From: an uncultured Phycisphaerales bacterium
GTDB lineage: Bacteria > Planctomycetota > Phycisphaerae > Tepidisphaerales > Tepidisphaeraceae
Assembly (NCBI GenBank): GCA_963755915.1
Contig: CAVWLP010000002.1
Location: 2,400,001-2,464,000, forward strand
DNA length: 64,000 bases
Direction of reading: 5' to 3'
The notes beneath the pieces are model-generated. The model was not told the origin of the DNA and made no database searches. It was given only the letters and a program-made list of their open reading frames with translations. The translations under genes and the position numbers were made by a program. Below are positions 29,894-40,649 of this stretch, piece by piece; the first letter of the stretch is position 1; every line of letters begins with the position of its first letter.

Positions 29894-31457
29894 TTATAGT
29901 CCATATTCCTTCCACCGCCGCTCGATCAACTCTCGGGTTTTCTGATCCACCTCCAGCTCCTTCGGCCAGGTCCGCACCTTCCCCTCGGCGGGCCATTTCA
30001 CGGTGGCATCGAAACCGATTTTGCTCCCCGCCCCCAATTCCGGGCTGGCGTGGTCGAGAATGTCGACCGGGCCATGAACGATTTCGCTGTCGCGCTGGGG
30101 ATCGCAATTGGAGAAGAGGTGGAAGAGGACATCCTGCTCGTCGTGAACATTCACGTTCTCGTCCACCACGATGATGAATTTCGTGAACGACATCTGGCCC
30201 GCTCCCCAGATCGCGTGCATGACCCGGCGAGCCTGCCAGGGATATTCCTTGCGAATCTTGATGAAGGCGCAGTTATGGAACACGCCGCTGATCGGCAGGC
30301 TGTAATCGACGATGTCGGGAACGATGGTGCGCAGCAGGGGCAGGAAAATCCGTTCGGTGGCCTTGCCGAGGAAATAATCTTCCATCGGCGGCTTGCCGAC
30401 GATCGTCGTCGGATAGATCGGATTTTTTCGGTGAGTGATGGCGGTGATGTGATAAGCCGGATACCAGTCGGCAAGGCTGTAGAATCCGGTGTGATCGCCG
30501 AACGGGCCTTCCATGAGCTTTTCGCTGGGGTCGACGAATCCTTCGATGACGATTTCGGCGTTGGCCGGGACTTCAAGGGGGATCGTCCGGCAGGGGACGA
30601 GTCTGGATCCCGCCGTCGTTGAGGAATCCGGCAAAGAGCAGCTCTTCAATGCCAGGCGGCAGTGGGGCGGTGGCGGCGTAGGGCAAAACGCTTTCGCCGC
30701 CGAGCACGATTGCCAGGGGCATTTTCTCGCCGCGCTTTTGATACATGCGGAAATGGCGGGCGCCGTCGTGGTGCATGTGCCAGTGCATGGCGCATTTGCG
30801 CGGGCCGAACTGCTGGACGCGGTACATGCCGATGTTGCGGTCGCCGGTCTCGGGGTTCTGGGTGAAGATTCCGCCGAAGGTGATATAGCGGCCGGTGCCT
30901 TTTTCGGTGAGCTTTTCGCAGGCGGCGGGATCGAAGACCTGGCCGCTGTCGACAAATCGCCATCGAGGGGCCAGCATTGAATGAGCGGCAGACGATTCAA
31001 ATCGGCCTTTTCGCCTTCGAGCAGGACCTGCTGGCAAATTCCGGTTGCGGACGGATTTTGGGGGAAAACTGCCGAGCTTCAGAAGATCCGGCAGCTTCTT
31101 CATTTTCTCGAGCAGCGTCGTGGGAATTTCCGGTTTCACAAGGGCCTGGACGCGTTCGGCAAGCTCGGCCAGCGAATTCGTTCCCAGCGCCTTGTTGACG
31201 CGCCAGTAGGATCCAAAGGTGTTGATGGCGACGGGAATGTCTGAGCCCGCGACATTTTCGAAGAGCAGTGCCTTGCCCCCGAGTTTCGAGGCGGCGGACT
31301 GGTCGAGCTCCTGATGGCCGTGCGGGGCGGGTGTTCGGGACATGCGGCCGGCGATGGCGGCGATTTCCAGCTTCGGATCGACTGTCGCCGGTACTTTGGC
31401 GAGTTCGCCTTCGCGCTCCAGAAGGGCCAAAAAGTCGGAAAGGGTTTCGGTGGACAT
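29894..31457 (-). CDS. UbiD-family prFMN-dependent decarboxylase, menaquinone-biosynthesis type (two frameshifts)
   Basis: GKALLFENV, NTFGS, RNIGMYRVQ, MHWH, VPANAEIVIEG, EGPFGDHTGFY, GKPPMED and SKIGFDAT across ORFs 30573..31457 and 29894..31000. Confidence 0.9.
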
Positions 31458-31670
31458 GGGGGGGTAGGTTAAGTCCGCCGATTGCCTATTTCCAATTGCC
31501 TATTTCCAATTTGAAAATTGGCAATAGGAAATAGGCAATCTCATTTGACTCTCAATTTTTTAATGGCATGATATTTAGCGCATATATTCCGGTCACGGAT
31601 GACCGGCGGCCGCAACGGGTTCCCGGCCGAAAATCATGGGAACTTTTTGGGATTTCCCGCATCTAAATCA

Positions 31671-32458
31671 ATGTCAAGCCTGGGCGGCGCCAATTACGAG
31701 GCTGAGGTTTCGTCGGCCGGTGAATCGGCGGAAGGCGCGGGCTCGTCGGGCGCGGTCGGTGGAGGTGGTATGCCGAAAGGCCAGGCCGTGGCGACACCTT
31801 CGCTGCACGGATCCGACAAAAATGGCTCTGACAAGAGCGGCTCTGACAAAGCTGGGAAGCTCATCGCCGCCGCTCGCGACGGCGACCGCTCGGCGTATGG
31901 TCAAATCGTTACGCTTTACCAGGACCGCCTCTTCAACGCCCTGCTGAGGATGGTCGGTGAAACCGAAGAGGCCCGCGAGCTGACGCAGGAGACGTTTACT
32001 CGGGGCCTCGAGAAGATCGAAACATTTCGCGGTGAGGCGGGGCCGTACACCTGGCTCTTCCGGATCGGCATGAATCTGGCGATCAGCAATCTTCGCCGAA
32101 ATCAGCGCCCGCGTGTTTTCTCGCTCGACGCCGGCCCGCACCGCGCAAACGGCAGTTCCCGGCGCGAAAATCAGGCGGCGGCGCTGGTCGACCGCATCAC
32201 CACTTCCAAGACGGAATCGCCTCCTGAGGCGGCGGAGCGAAGCGAGCGGCATCAGATTGTTCTCGACGCCCTGGGGCGGCTCGACGCCGAGTATCGCGCG
32301 GTTCTCATTATGCGGGACGTGGAGGGATTCGATTATCAGCAGATGGCGGATGTGCTGGCTTTGCCGCTGGGGACGCTTAAGAGCCGGCTCTTCCGCGCCG
32401 CTTGGCGCTGCGGGATGAGCTGGGAGCGTACCTGGCGGATCGAAAGGCGAGGAAATAG
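31671..32458 (+). CDS. ECF sigma-70 factor (frameshift near 32400 falsely fuses it to the next gene)
   Basis: ARDGDRSAY, ELTQETF, FRGEA...TWLFRI and YQQMADVLALPLGTLKSRLFRA. The corrected frame RLALRDEL... ends at TAG 32458. Start uncertain. Confidence 0.88.
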
Positions 32459-32459
32459 C

Positions 32460-33900
32460 GTGGAAAATATTGAAGCCATGCTCTGTGCGTTCATTGAGGG
32501 CGATCTCGACGCCGCCGGCAAGGCGCAGATCGAAAAGCACCTCAAGGACAACCCGCAGCATAAAAAGCTGCTCCATGAGCTGACGGCGATGCGCGACCTG
32601 GTGCGGAATCTTCCCCGGGTGCGGGCGCCGATCGATGTGGGCGATTCGCTGCGGCAGAAGGTGGAGCGCTCGCTGCTTCTGGACGATTCGGCCGCGCTGG
32701 TTCCGGAGCGCAGCGGCGCAAGCCGGTGGCCGCAGTTTTTTGGGATCGCGGCTGTGGTGCTGCTCTTCGCTTCGCTGGGATTCATCGTCTTTAAGGCGAT
32801 CAGCCCGACGCTGAAGCCGGCGGTGATCACGCAATCGGTGGCGATCGTGCCGATGCAGCAAGCCGAGCCGATGGCCGGGGCGCTTTCAAAAGTTTCGCCG
32901 CTGGTTTCAACGGAGAAGGAAATGGTGGCGCCCGGGCCCGTTGCGTCCAAGGTTGTGCCAACCGCGGCGCCCTCTCCGCAGGCCAGCTTTCTGCGCTCGC
33001 TTCAGCAGCTGCAAGCTCTAAACGCTTCGCCCGTCCAACCGGACATCAACGTGATCCGCAAGCGGCTTGCGGATTTTGGATATGACATTCATGCGCCGGA
33101 AGGTTCCGTACTTACCGCCGGCAACGATGGCGGGCAGCCGGGCCCGATTCTCATGGTCGTCAATACCAGCGATCCCCTGGCGACCAAGGTGCAGATCGCA
33201 CAATTCCTGAGCAATAGCAGCGGTGTTTCCTGGAACGTGGTTCCGGCGGCGGCTCAAGCGCCGGGGCGCAACGACTCTGCCCAGCACGGGCGGCGCGGCT
33301 GTGGCGAACAATTCGATTGCGATTCCGCCCGCCGTGGGCAGCGTCACGGGCGCTGTCGCTGCATCCGTAAATGGCAGCGCAACGACGCAGCCCTCCGCGC
33401 CGGAAGATTTGTATGTCGCCCACGGCCTCGACGCCGAAAAGGCAGACGCGCTGCGCCAATCGCTGATTGTTCCCCAGAACGGGTCGCAGGTGCAGGTTAC
33501 GATGCAGTCGGCGCTGGGGCTGGTGACGACGCGGCCGAGTGATCTTTCGAGCGCTCAGGTCGCCGCGAATTCAACCGCATTGGCGGGCGCGCCTTCCACT
33601 CAACCGGCGCAGGCCGCCAATGCCGCGGTCGCCCTGGTACAGCGGGAGGCAATAACTCCCATGATTGCCGCGCAAACACCGGCAGATGAAAATGCCAACG
33701 CTTCAGGCTCTGGTGCGCCGGTATTGCACGAAGTCGACACGGTTATCGTTCTCAATCCAGTCGAGATGCTTCCCTCGGGTGTGATTGCTCCTCCACCGAC
33801 AGCGGCGGCCGAGTCGATCACCACGCAGCCGACGCTTCAGAATGCGCCGCTGGAGAATCTCGCCCCGGCCACGCAGCCGGCGGCGACGACACAGCCTTGA
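32460..33900 (+). CDS. Putative membrane-anchored anti-sigma factor (frameshift near 33265)
   Basis: LCAFIEGDL...IEKHL anti-sigma N-terminus and one TM segment (FFGIAAVVLLFASLGFIVF). The Ala/Pro/Thr-rich C-terminus continues in ORF 33223..33900. Confidence 0.72.
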
Positions 33901-34003
33901 AGCGATTGCCTATTGAAGGTCCCGTTGCGCATTTCAATAGGCAATAGGAAATAGGCAATCTCATATACACTTCCCTCTGCCCACGGTAATCTGTCCCCAA
34001 TAC

Positions 34004-34894
34004 ATGCACCCCGTCACCATCGAAAACGACGCCATCCGAATGGAAGTCTGGCCGCAGATCGGCGGCAAGGTTTCCAGCATCGTCGATAAGAAAGATCATT
34101 ACGAGCTTTTGTTCGCCTATCCTGCCGAGCTTCCGGATTCGCCGCATTACGACGCTCCTTACGGCGATCACTGGTACAGCGGGTGGGACGAATGCTTTCC
34201 GGCCGTCGCGCGGAGCACCTATCCGCGCCATCCGTACAACGGCATTGCCGTTCCCGATCACGGCGAGCTCTGGGGCATCCCCACGACCACGGCAGTTCCG
34301 ACGAAAGATGGGATCACCACCGTCTGGAACGGGCTTCGATTCGGCTATCGCCTGACGCGAAAACTCTACCTCCAGAATTCATCGATCGTCGCCGAGTATG
34401 ATCTGATGAACCTGGCGCCGTTTGAGTTTCGCTTTGTCTGGGCGATGCATTCGCTGATGTCGCTGATTCAGCCGGTGGAGATTCAGGTGCAGCAGAAATC
34501 GTTTCGGTGGAGTCATGATGCGGAGGGGAAGCGATACGACGCGGCATTCACCTGGCCGACGGGGGTTGAAGGGGAGGACTTTTCCCGACCCGATTCGCTG
34601 CCGGTGAAGCGCGGTTGGAAGCTTTTCACGGCCGAACCGATTCAGTCGGCACTCGTGGTTTCCTACCCCACGCGCAAGCGGACTCTGCGGCTGGAATATG
34701 CCTCGCCCGACACTCTTCCCGCGTATTGGGGGATATGGATCAACACCGGTGGATGGGCCGGGAACCGGCATTTCGCAGCCGAGCCTACCACCGGAAGATA
34801 CGACGAAATCGACCGCAGTATTGAAGACACTTCCGCGGGGCAGATCGGGCCGTTTGGGCGCCGGCAATGGTCGGTTCGCATGACGCTGGCGTAA
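34004..34894 (+). CDS. Galactose mutarotase/aldose 1-epimerase-like protein
   Basis: PQIGGKVSSI, GWDECFP, PDHGELW, FVWAMH and AAEPTTG. Confidence 0.75.
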   Translation: MHPVTIENDAIRMEVWPQIGGKVSSIVDKKDHYELLFAYPAELPDSPHYDAPYGDHWYSGWDECFPAVARSTYPRHPYNGIAVPDHGELWGIPTTTAVPTKDGITTVWNGLRFGYRLTRKLYLQNSSIVAEYDLMNLAPFEFRFVWAMHSLMSLIQPVEIQVQQKSFRWSHDAEGKRYDAAFTWPTGVEGEDFSRPDSLPVKRGWKLFTAEPIQSALVVSYPTRKRTLRLEYASPDTLPAYWGIWINTGGWAGNRHFAAEPTTGRYDEIDRSIEDTSAGQIGPFGRRQWSVRMTLA

Positions 34895-34971
34895 AAAATT
34901 TCTCACCCGCTCTGTTACTTTTTTCCCCCTGGCGCATTCAATAATTGATTGCACTGAAGCCAGCAAAAGCT

Positions 34972-35616
34972 TCAGAATAACTTAAGGCGATTCTTTCCCT
35001 CCCCTGAGCCTCGGACGCACCTCCCCGCGTCCGAGGTTTTTTTATTGGGGTTATTTTGGGGGGGTGTTTTTATGCGCAGCGCGGCAATGATTCGCCACTG
35101 GGTCAGCGCCATGTACCCCAGCAAAAGAACGCCAAGGCCGGGGACGAGGGGAAAGCCGTTGATCTGCTCGGAGCGGATGATGACGATTACGTTAAAAAGC
35201 GCGGCTGCGACGGTTACTACAAACGCAAAAACGATTGGCCCAACTTTTCGCGACACCGCAAGGACAATTCCTTCGACAATCAAAGCTGCCGCAAAGACCG
35301 TTATTCCCAGGTCGGTCAGAAAGAAGATGCTTTTCAGATAGGGGATGGTGTTTCCATCGGGGCCGGTGACGGGATTATTTTGCTGGAAGGCGTCGGGAGA
35401 GGAGATGAACTTAATGGTGTTGGGGAAAATAATCAGCAGCAGAATTCCCAGGCCGATGCTGATCCAGGCCTCGGCCAAACCCATGGGAGGGCTTGGCGCG
35501 GGCATACGGCTCAACGGCGCGGGAGACGCGGGGACCGGATCGGGGATTTCGGAAGCAGCGGGCGGTGGTTGAGACTCGCCGGTTTTTGAAAGCTTTGGCA
35601 ATTTTGAAATGTCCAT
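34972..35616 (-). CDS. Hypothetical membrane protein (3' end uncertain)
   Basis: MDISKLPKLS Pro-rich N-terminus plus four hydrophobic segments. The tail runs through homopolymers and a terminator, so the true stop may be earlier. Confidence 0.6.
   Translation of the reverse strand: MDISKLPKLSKTGESQPPPAASEIPDPVPASPAPLSRMPAPSPPMGLAEAWISIGLGILLLIIFPNTIKFISSPDAFQQNNPVTGPDGNTIPYLKSIFFLTDLGITVFAAALIVEGIVLAVSRKVGPIVFAFVVTVAAALFNVIVIIRSEQINGFPLVPGLGVLLLGYMALTQWRIIAALRIKTPPQNNPNKKTSDAGRCVRGSGEGKNRLKLF
35009..35043 (+). terminator. Intrinsic terminator
   Basis: CCTCGGACGC/GCGTCCGAGG 10-bp stem followed by T7. Confidence 0.75.
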
Positions 35617-35867
35617 ACGGGCTTGCTCCAAGTAGCTGGATGCTTGACCCTGTGGCGCAATCAATGTAAAGACCGCAGGCCGCGGATTCAAACTTTAAGA
35701 CGTAGTCCTTTATCCTTCTGCCGGTCTTGCGGAGGATTGCAGGGATATAGGTCGTTTGAGCATTTGTCGCGTAGGGCCCTCACCCCGGCCCTCTCCTCTT
35801 CGAGCCTGAGCCTCAGAGCCGAAGGCCGGAATACCGGGAGAGGGGGAGTGATTTGGCGGAGAATTTC

Positions 35868-36914
35868 ATGGCGGATGTATCGGATCAGATCGACGCACTT
35901 GCCGCCCAGGCGGACGCGGAGCTTTCGGCCGTCGCCAATTCCCCCCAGCTTGAGCAGTTCCGGATCAAATTCCTGGGCGGCAAGGGCGCGATTAAGGGAC
36001 TCATGAAACTGCTGGGGCAGTTGCCCAAGGATCAGAAGCCGGCCTTTGGGCAGAAAATCAACGCACTTCAGGACCGGGTTCAAGCGGCCTTCGAAGCCCG
36101 GAGCGTCCAGCTTTCCGCCGGCGGGGCGAGCGACGTCACCGTCGACATCACCGAGCCTGGCATCCGCCCGCACATCGGCAATCGCCATATCCTCATGAAG
36201 GTCGTCAACGAGCTGACCGAACTTTTTGGGCGGATGGGTTTCGCGCTCGCCTCCGGGCCGGAAGTCGAAGACGAATTCCACAACTTCATCGCGCTGAATA
36301 TTCCACAGAGCCATCCGGCGCGCGATCCGCTCGATAATTTCTATCTCGCCTCCGATATCGGCGAAGGGCAATCAACCGGCCTGGATCGCGAAGGGGGCGG
36401 CCAACTCAAGCTCCTTCGTACGCAAACCAGCACCGTGCAGATTCGCGTGATGGAAAAGCAAAAGCCGCCGATTCGCGTGGTGATTCCCGGGCGGGTTTAT
36501 CGGCCGGATACGCATGACGACACGCACCTCTCGATGTTTCACCAGCTTGAAGCGCTGGTCGTGGACAAAAACGTGACGATGGTCGATCTGAAAAGCACGA
36601 TCGACCAGTTCGTTCACGCCTACTTTGGCAAGGAGGCCAAAGTGCGTTTCCGACCCAGCTTTTTCCCGTTCACCGAACCCTCCGCCGAGGTGGACATCTG
36701 GTTCGACCGGCCCGGCGGAAAGAGCGGGTGGGTGGAGTTCGGCGGGTGCGGCATGGTTCATCCCAACGTCTTCAAAGCCGTCAACATCGACCCCGAGCAG
36801 TACACCGGCTGGGCGTTTGGCTTCGGCATCGAGCGCATCGCCATGCGGAAATACGGGATTAACAACATCCGGCTTTTCGTCGAAAATGACATCCGGTTTT
36901 TGCAGCAGTTTTAG
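35868..36914 (+). CDS. pheS: Phenylalanine-tRNA ligase alpha subunit
   Basis: HNFIALNIPQSHPARD, LLRTQTSTVQIR, PGRVYR, FHQLE, RFRPSFFPFTEPSAE and WAFGFGIER. Confidence 0.97.
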   Translation: MADVSDQIDALAAQADAELSAVANSPQLEQFRIKFLGGKGAIKGLMKLLGQLPKDQKPAFGQKINALQDRVQAAFEARSVQLSAGGASDVTVDITEPGIRPHIGNRHILMKVVNELTELFGRMGFALASGPEVEDEFHNFIALNIPQSHPARDPLDNFYLASDIGEGQSTGLDREGGGQLKLLRTQTSTVQIRVMEKQKPPIRVVIPGRVYRPDTHDDTHLSMFHQLEALVVDKNVTMVDLKSTIDQFVHAYFGKEAKVRFRPSFFPFTEPSAEVDIWFDRPGGKSGWVEFGGCGMVHPNVFKAVNIDPEQYTGWAFGFGIERIAMRKYGINNIRLFVENDIRFLQQF

Positions 36915-36925
36915 AATGGCACCGT

Positions 36926-37558
36926 ATGGCCGAGCAGAAAAAACCATCGACCGAAGGCGCATCGCGCGAAACCGGGATCATCGAAGTCCACGTCAACGAA
37001 ATTGAGCAGCTTTTCAATTCGATCGACCCGTCGCCGTTCCGGGAAAAGGATCTCGACGACGACGCCCACGAATTTATTCTGAGCTGGGCGAAGGAACTGC
37101 CGGTAAATATGCCGCTCACGCTGCTGGTGCATTTGGATCGTGGCGCCGTTCCCGCCGAGGCCCAGGCAATGCTCACTGAAGCGGTGCACGGGTTTTATTC
37201 GCATCGGGCGGAGTTGGCTCGCCAGAGACTTCACCAGCTTCTGCGGACGGGACGAACGAGCCTCATTATCGGACTGGCCTTCCTGGCCGGGTGCATTCTT
37301 CTGGGCGACTGGGTCGGTCACAGGGCCCATGAAATAGAGCTGGGGGAGATTCTGCACGAAAGCCTCCTCATCGGCGGGTGGGTGGCGATGTGGCGGCCGC
37401 TGGAGATATTTCTGTATGACTGGTGGCCGATCCGCAACGAAGCACGCATCTACGACCGGCTGAGCCAGATGAAGCTGCAGATAAGGTGCTCGAACCGGTC
37501 AAATTCGGGTGCGTTCGCCCCTGCAACTTCGGCCGCCGGAACCGCAAAACCGGCGTAA
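36926..37558 (+). CDS. Conserved hypothetical membrane protein
   Basis: QLFNSIDPSPFREKDLD and ESLLIGGWVAMWRPLEIFLYDWWP, two TM segments, operon-like spacing after pheS. Confidence 0.75.
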   Translation: MAEQKKPSTEGASRETGIIEVHVNEIEQLFNSIDPSPFREKDLDDDAHEFILSWAKELPVNMPLTLLVHLDRGAVPAEAQAMLTEAVHGFYSHRAELARQRLHQLLRTGRTSLIIGLAFLAGCILLGDWVGHRAHEIELGEILHESLLIGGWVAMWRPLEIFLYDWWPIRNEARIYDRLSQMKLQIRCSNRSNSGAFAPATSAAGTAKPA

Positions 37559-37623
37559 GCCGGGGCCGGATTGATAGGAGCTTTCGCGGCATGATTTGCT
37601 AGAATAGATGTGACGGTGATCCA

Positions 37624-38193
37624 ATGACTTTAGCCGAGCCCAAAACGCGTCGCTTTTCGCGAGACGAATACTATCGCATGGCCGAGCAGGGATATTTTGC
37701 CGGCCAGCGCGTTCAACTTCTGAAGGGAGAAATTCTTGAAATGCCTCCCCAGGGACACGCTCACTTTAAAGCGCTTCACCAAATGGCCGTTTATTTGGAA
37801 TCCGTTTTTGGAGACAAGCATTGGGTTCGTCCTCAAGGTCCGATGAACGCCCTTGAGGATTCTGAGCCGGAACCCGATGTCGCTGTTACCGAGCACGATG
37901 TGAAATGGTACAAGGATCATCCAGCCAGTGCTCTGCTCGTGGTGGAAGTCGCGGATAGCAGCATATATCTTGATCGTCGCAAGGCCGGGCTCTATGCCGC
38001 GGCCGGCGTTCGGGAATATTGGATACTCAATCTTAATTCCCGCAAGCTTGAAGTTTTCCGCGATCCGGTGCCCGATCGGGACAATGAGTTTGGTCATGCG
38101 TACTCGGTGAAGATGGAAATAGGTGAGAACGAGTTCGTTTCTCCCGCCGCCCGACCGGACGCGAAAGCTCTTGTGAGAGAGCTTTTGGACTAG
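37624..38193 (+). CDS. Uma2-family (DUF820) protein
   Basis: RVQLLKGEILEM, SEPEPDVAV, LVVEVADSS and YAAAGVREYWILNL. Confidence 0.9.
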   Translation: MTLAEPKTRRFSRDEYYRMAEQGYFAGQRVQLLKGEILEMPPQGHAHFKALHQMAVYLESVFGDKHWVRPQGPMNALEDSEPEPDVAVTEHDVKWYKDHPASALLVVEVADSSIYLDRRKAGLYAAAGVREYWILNLNSRKLEVFRDPVPDRDNEFGHAYSVKMEIGENEFVSPAARPDAKALVRELLD

Positions 38194-38238
38194 ACGGTGG
38201 TTCTCTACCCGGCTTCCTCCAAAATCTCCCCGTCCCGC

Positions 38239-39045
38239 ATGAAACCCCGCAAAAATCTCCCCAGCCCCAAATCCTCCACCCACTGGGGCGACGTCGCCGA
38301 GTGGTACGACGATCATGTCGGCGACCGTGGCGGCGAATATCACGAAAAAGTGGTCATCCCCGGCGCCCTTCGACTCCTTGCTCCCAGCGCGGGTCAAAAA
38401 ATGATCGACGTCGCCTGCGGGCAGGGCGTTCTTTGCAGAGCGTTGCATGAGCGCGGGGTTGAAGTGACCGGCATCGATGCCGCAAAGGAACTAATCGAAT
38501 CAGCCCGCAAGCGCGGCCCCGCCGAAATCAAATATCTCGTCGGCGACGCGCGCGAGCTTTCTCATCTTCCCGCCACACATTTCGCCGCCGCCGCCTGCGT
38601 GCTGGCGATTCAGAACATCCATCCCCTTCCGCCGGTTTTCCAGGGCATCGTGCGATTGCTCAAACCCGCCGGCCGCGTGGTCATTGTTATGATGCACCCC
38701 TGTTTTCGCGGCCCGAAGGAAACGAGCTGGGGGTGGGACCAATCGGCCGGCGTGCAATTCCGCCGGGTTGATCGCTACCTGATCCCCCGAAAAACGCCTA
38801 TCGTCACCCATCCCGGCTCCGATCCCAACCATTACACCTGGACGTTCCACCGGCCGCTGGGCGCCTACGTCAAATCCTTGCGTCAATCCGGCCTGCTGAT
38901 CGACGCGCTGGAAGAATGGCCGAGCCATAAAAAAAGCACCAGCGGCCCCCGCGCCGCCGCCGAAAATCAGGCCCGCGAGGAAATTCCGATGTTTCTGGCG
39001 ATTCGGGCGCTTCGCCCGCACAACGAGCTTGCGAACTCTTCATAG
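38239..39045 (+). CDS. Class I SAM-dependent methyltransferase
   Basis: WGDVAEWYD, IDVACGQG, TGIDA, HPCF and TFHRPL. Confidence 0.87.
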   Translation: MKPRKNLPSPKSSTHWGDVAEWYDDHVGDRGGEYHEKVVIPGALRLLAPSAGQKMIDVACGQGVLCRALHERGVEVTGIDAAKELIESARKRGPAEIKYLVGDARELSHLPATHFAAAACVLAIQNIHPLPPVFQGIVRLLKPAGRVVIVMMHPCFRGPKETSWGWDQSAGVQFRRVDRYLIPRKTPIVTHPGSDPNHYTWTFHRPLGAYVKSLRQSGLLIDALEEWPSHKKSTSGPRAAAENQAREEIPMFLAIRALRPHNELANSS

Positions 39046-39064
39046 CAGGCGTAACGTGAGTAGC

Positions 39065-39394
39065 ATGACGACCCGAAGCCTGCCAATCACCGCCCTGGCC
39101 GCACTTTCGATTTGCATTGGCTGCGTGGCCCTGGCTGATGACATGCCCGCGATGCAGAGCCAAAGCTCCGATCCCGCGACTCAACCCTCAATGCCCCCGT
39201 TTCAAGCCATCGATCTTCACAACACGATTTGCGTTGTCAGCGGTGACGCGGTCGGCAATTCCAATCTCGTAGAGGTTTATGACGGCAAGATTTATCACCT
39301 CTGTTGCCCCGATTGCCACAAGGATTTTGAGAAAGATCCCGCCAAATACGCCGCCGCCGTTGCCGCGAATCCCGGCAAATACGGGATAAAGTAA
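39065..39394 (+). CDS. Exported YHS/TRASH-domain protein
   Basis: Signal peptide, then CVVSG...YDGKIYHLCCPDC...FEKDPAKY. Confidence 0.82.
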   Translation: MTTRSLPITALAALSICIGCVALADDMPAMQSQSSDPATQPSMPPFQAIDLHNTICVVSGDAVGNSNLVEVYDGKIYHLCCPDCHKDFEKDPAKYAAAVAANPGKYGIK

Positions 39395-39408
39395 ACCAGC
39401 CGCGAGTT

Positions 39409-40499
39409 TCATCCCCCAACTTCGTTGAGATAATCGATCAGCATTCGCAGCCGCGCATGGTCGCGCCGATTAAACGCGAATATCAGCCGCGGCAGCTTTT
39501 CGAGTCCCGGCTCATCATGCTCGGCGGCAAGTGCGTGCCCCGTCCGGAACGTCCCGCTAACCAGAAGATCCGAAAATCGCTCGCTTATTTCAGCAAGTTG
39601 CTCTCGCGTCAATGGATGATGCAGCCGAATGATCACGTCGTCGCGGAAATAGCGGATGCTGTGATAATTGCTGTAGAACCGGCGCACCTCCTCCACGGCC
39701 TCATCCACCTTGTCGGTGATCTTGTACAGGTGTGAATCGTCCGGCCCTACCAGCCCGCGCGTGACGAGCTGGTCCTGAACGTATGCCTCCCACTGCTTCC
39801 AGTAATCGCCACCGGGCCTGTCGACGAAGACGATGGGCATCGGCACCGATTTGCCCGTCTGCACCAGCGTCAAAACCTCAAACCCCTCGTCCATAGTCCC
39901 GAATCCGCCGGGAAAAAGCGCAATCGCATGGCTCGACCTCACGAACACCAGCTTGCGCGTGAAAAAATATTTGAAATTGATCAGCTTCTTATCGTTCGCG
40001 ATGGTCGTGTTGGTCTTCTGCTCGAACGGCAGACGGATCGCCAGCCCAAAGCTCGGATCGGGGCCGGCGCCTCCATGCCCCGCCGCCATGATGCCGCCTC
40101 CCGCGCCGGTAATTACCATCCAGCCCGAAGAGGCCATCTTGCGGGCAAACTCGGCGGCCTGCTTGTAATCGTCGTGCGATTCATCCGTCCCGCGCTGCCG
40201 AAAATGCTCACCTTCCTCACGTCCCGGTACGGCGCGAATATTTTCAGGGCGTACCGCAGTTCCTTGAATGATTTGTTGATCAGCTTGATGTCGCCGCGAT
40301 TGGTCTGGTCGCGCAGCAGCTTCATCGCGTTGTCGACGATTTCGCCGACGAGGTCTCCCTCCTCGATCGATCGCAGCTCCTCGATGAGCTTCAGGGCCAG
40401 CTTCTGCACGTCGGCGAGCTGGGCCCGGCTGGCGACGTGCGGCAGCTCGCTGGTCTCCTGAGATTGCTCGCTATCGCTTCCGCCGTCTGACGACTTCAT
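39409..40499 (-). CDS. LOG-family (TIGR00730 Rossmann-fold) protein (frameshift near 40190)
   Basis: KVSIFGSA, ITGAGGGIM, LPFEQ, FKYFFTRK and FPGGFGTMDE across two ORFs. Confidence 0.9.
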
Positions 40500-40649
40500 C
40501 GCTCTGGCCTCTTCCTCGGTCTCGTTTTGGGGGAGGGTATTATGCGATGACGCCCCACATCGCGAAAGGGGGCCGACGCTGAAGAATTACACATTGCTGC
40601 CAGAAATGGAAAATATTCTGCCGACGCCCCAAGCCCTCCGGCGGCGTCG

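Noticed and set aside
31599-33542. 647-aa ECF sigma/anti-sigma fusion ORF
   Set aside because: A one-base shift near 32400 restores RLALRDEL and a stop at 32458, followed by a separate GTG start. The fusion is most likely an indel artefact.
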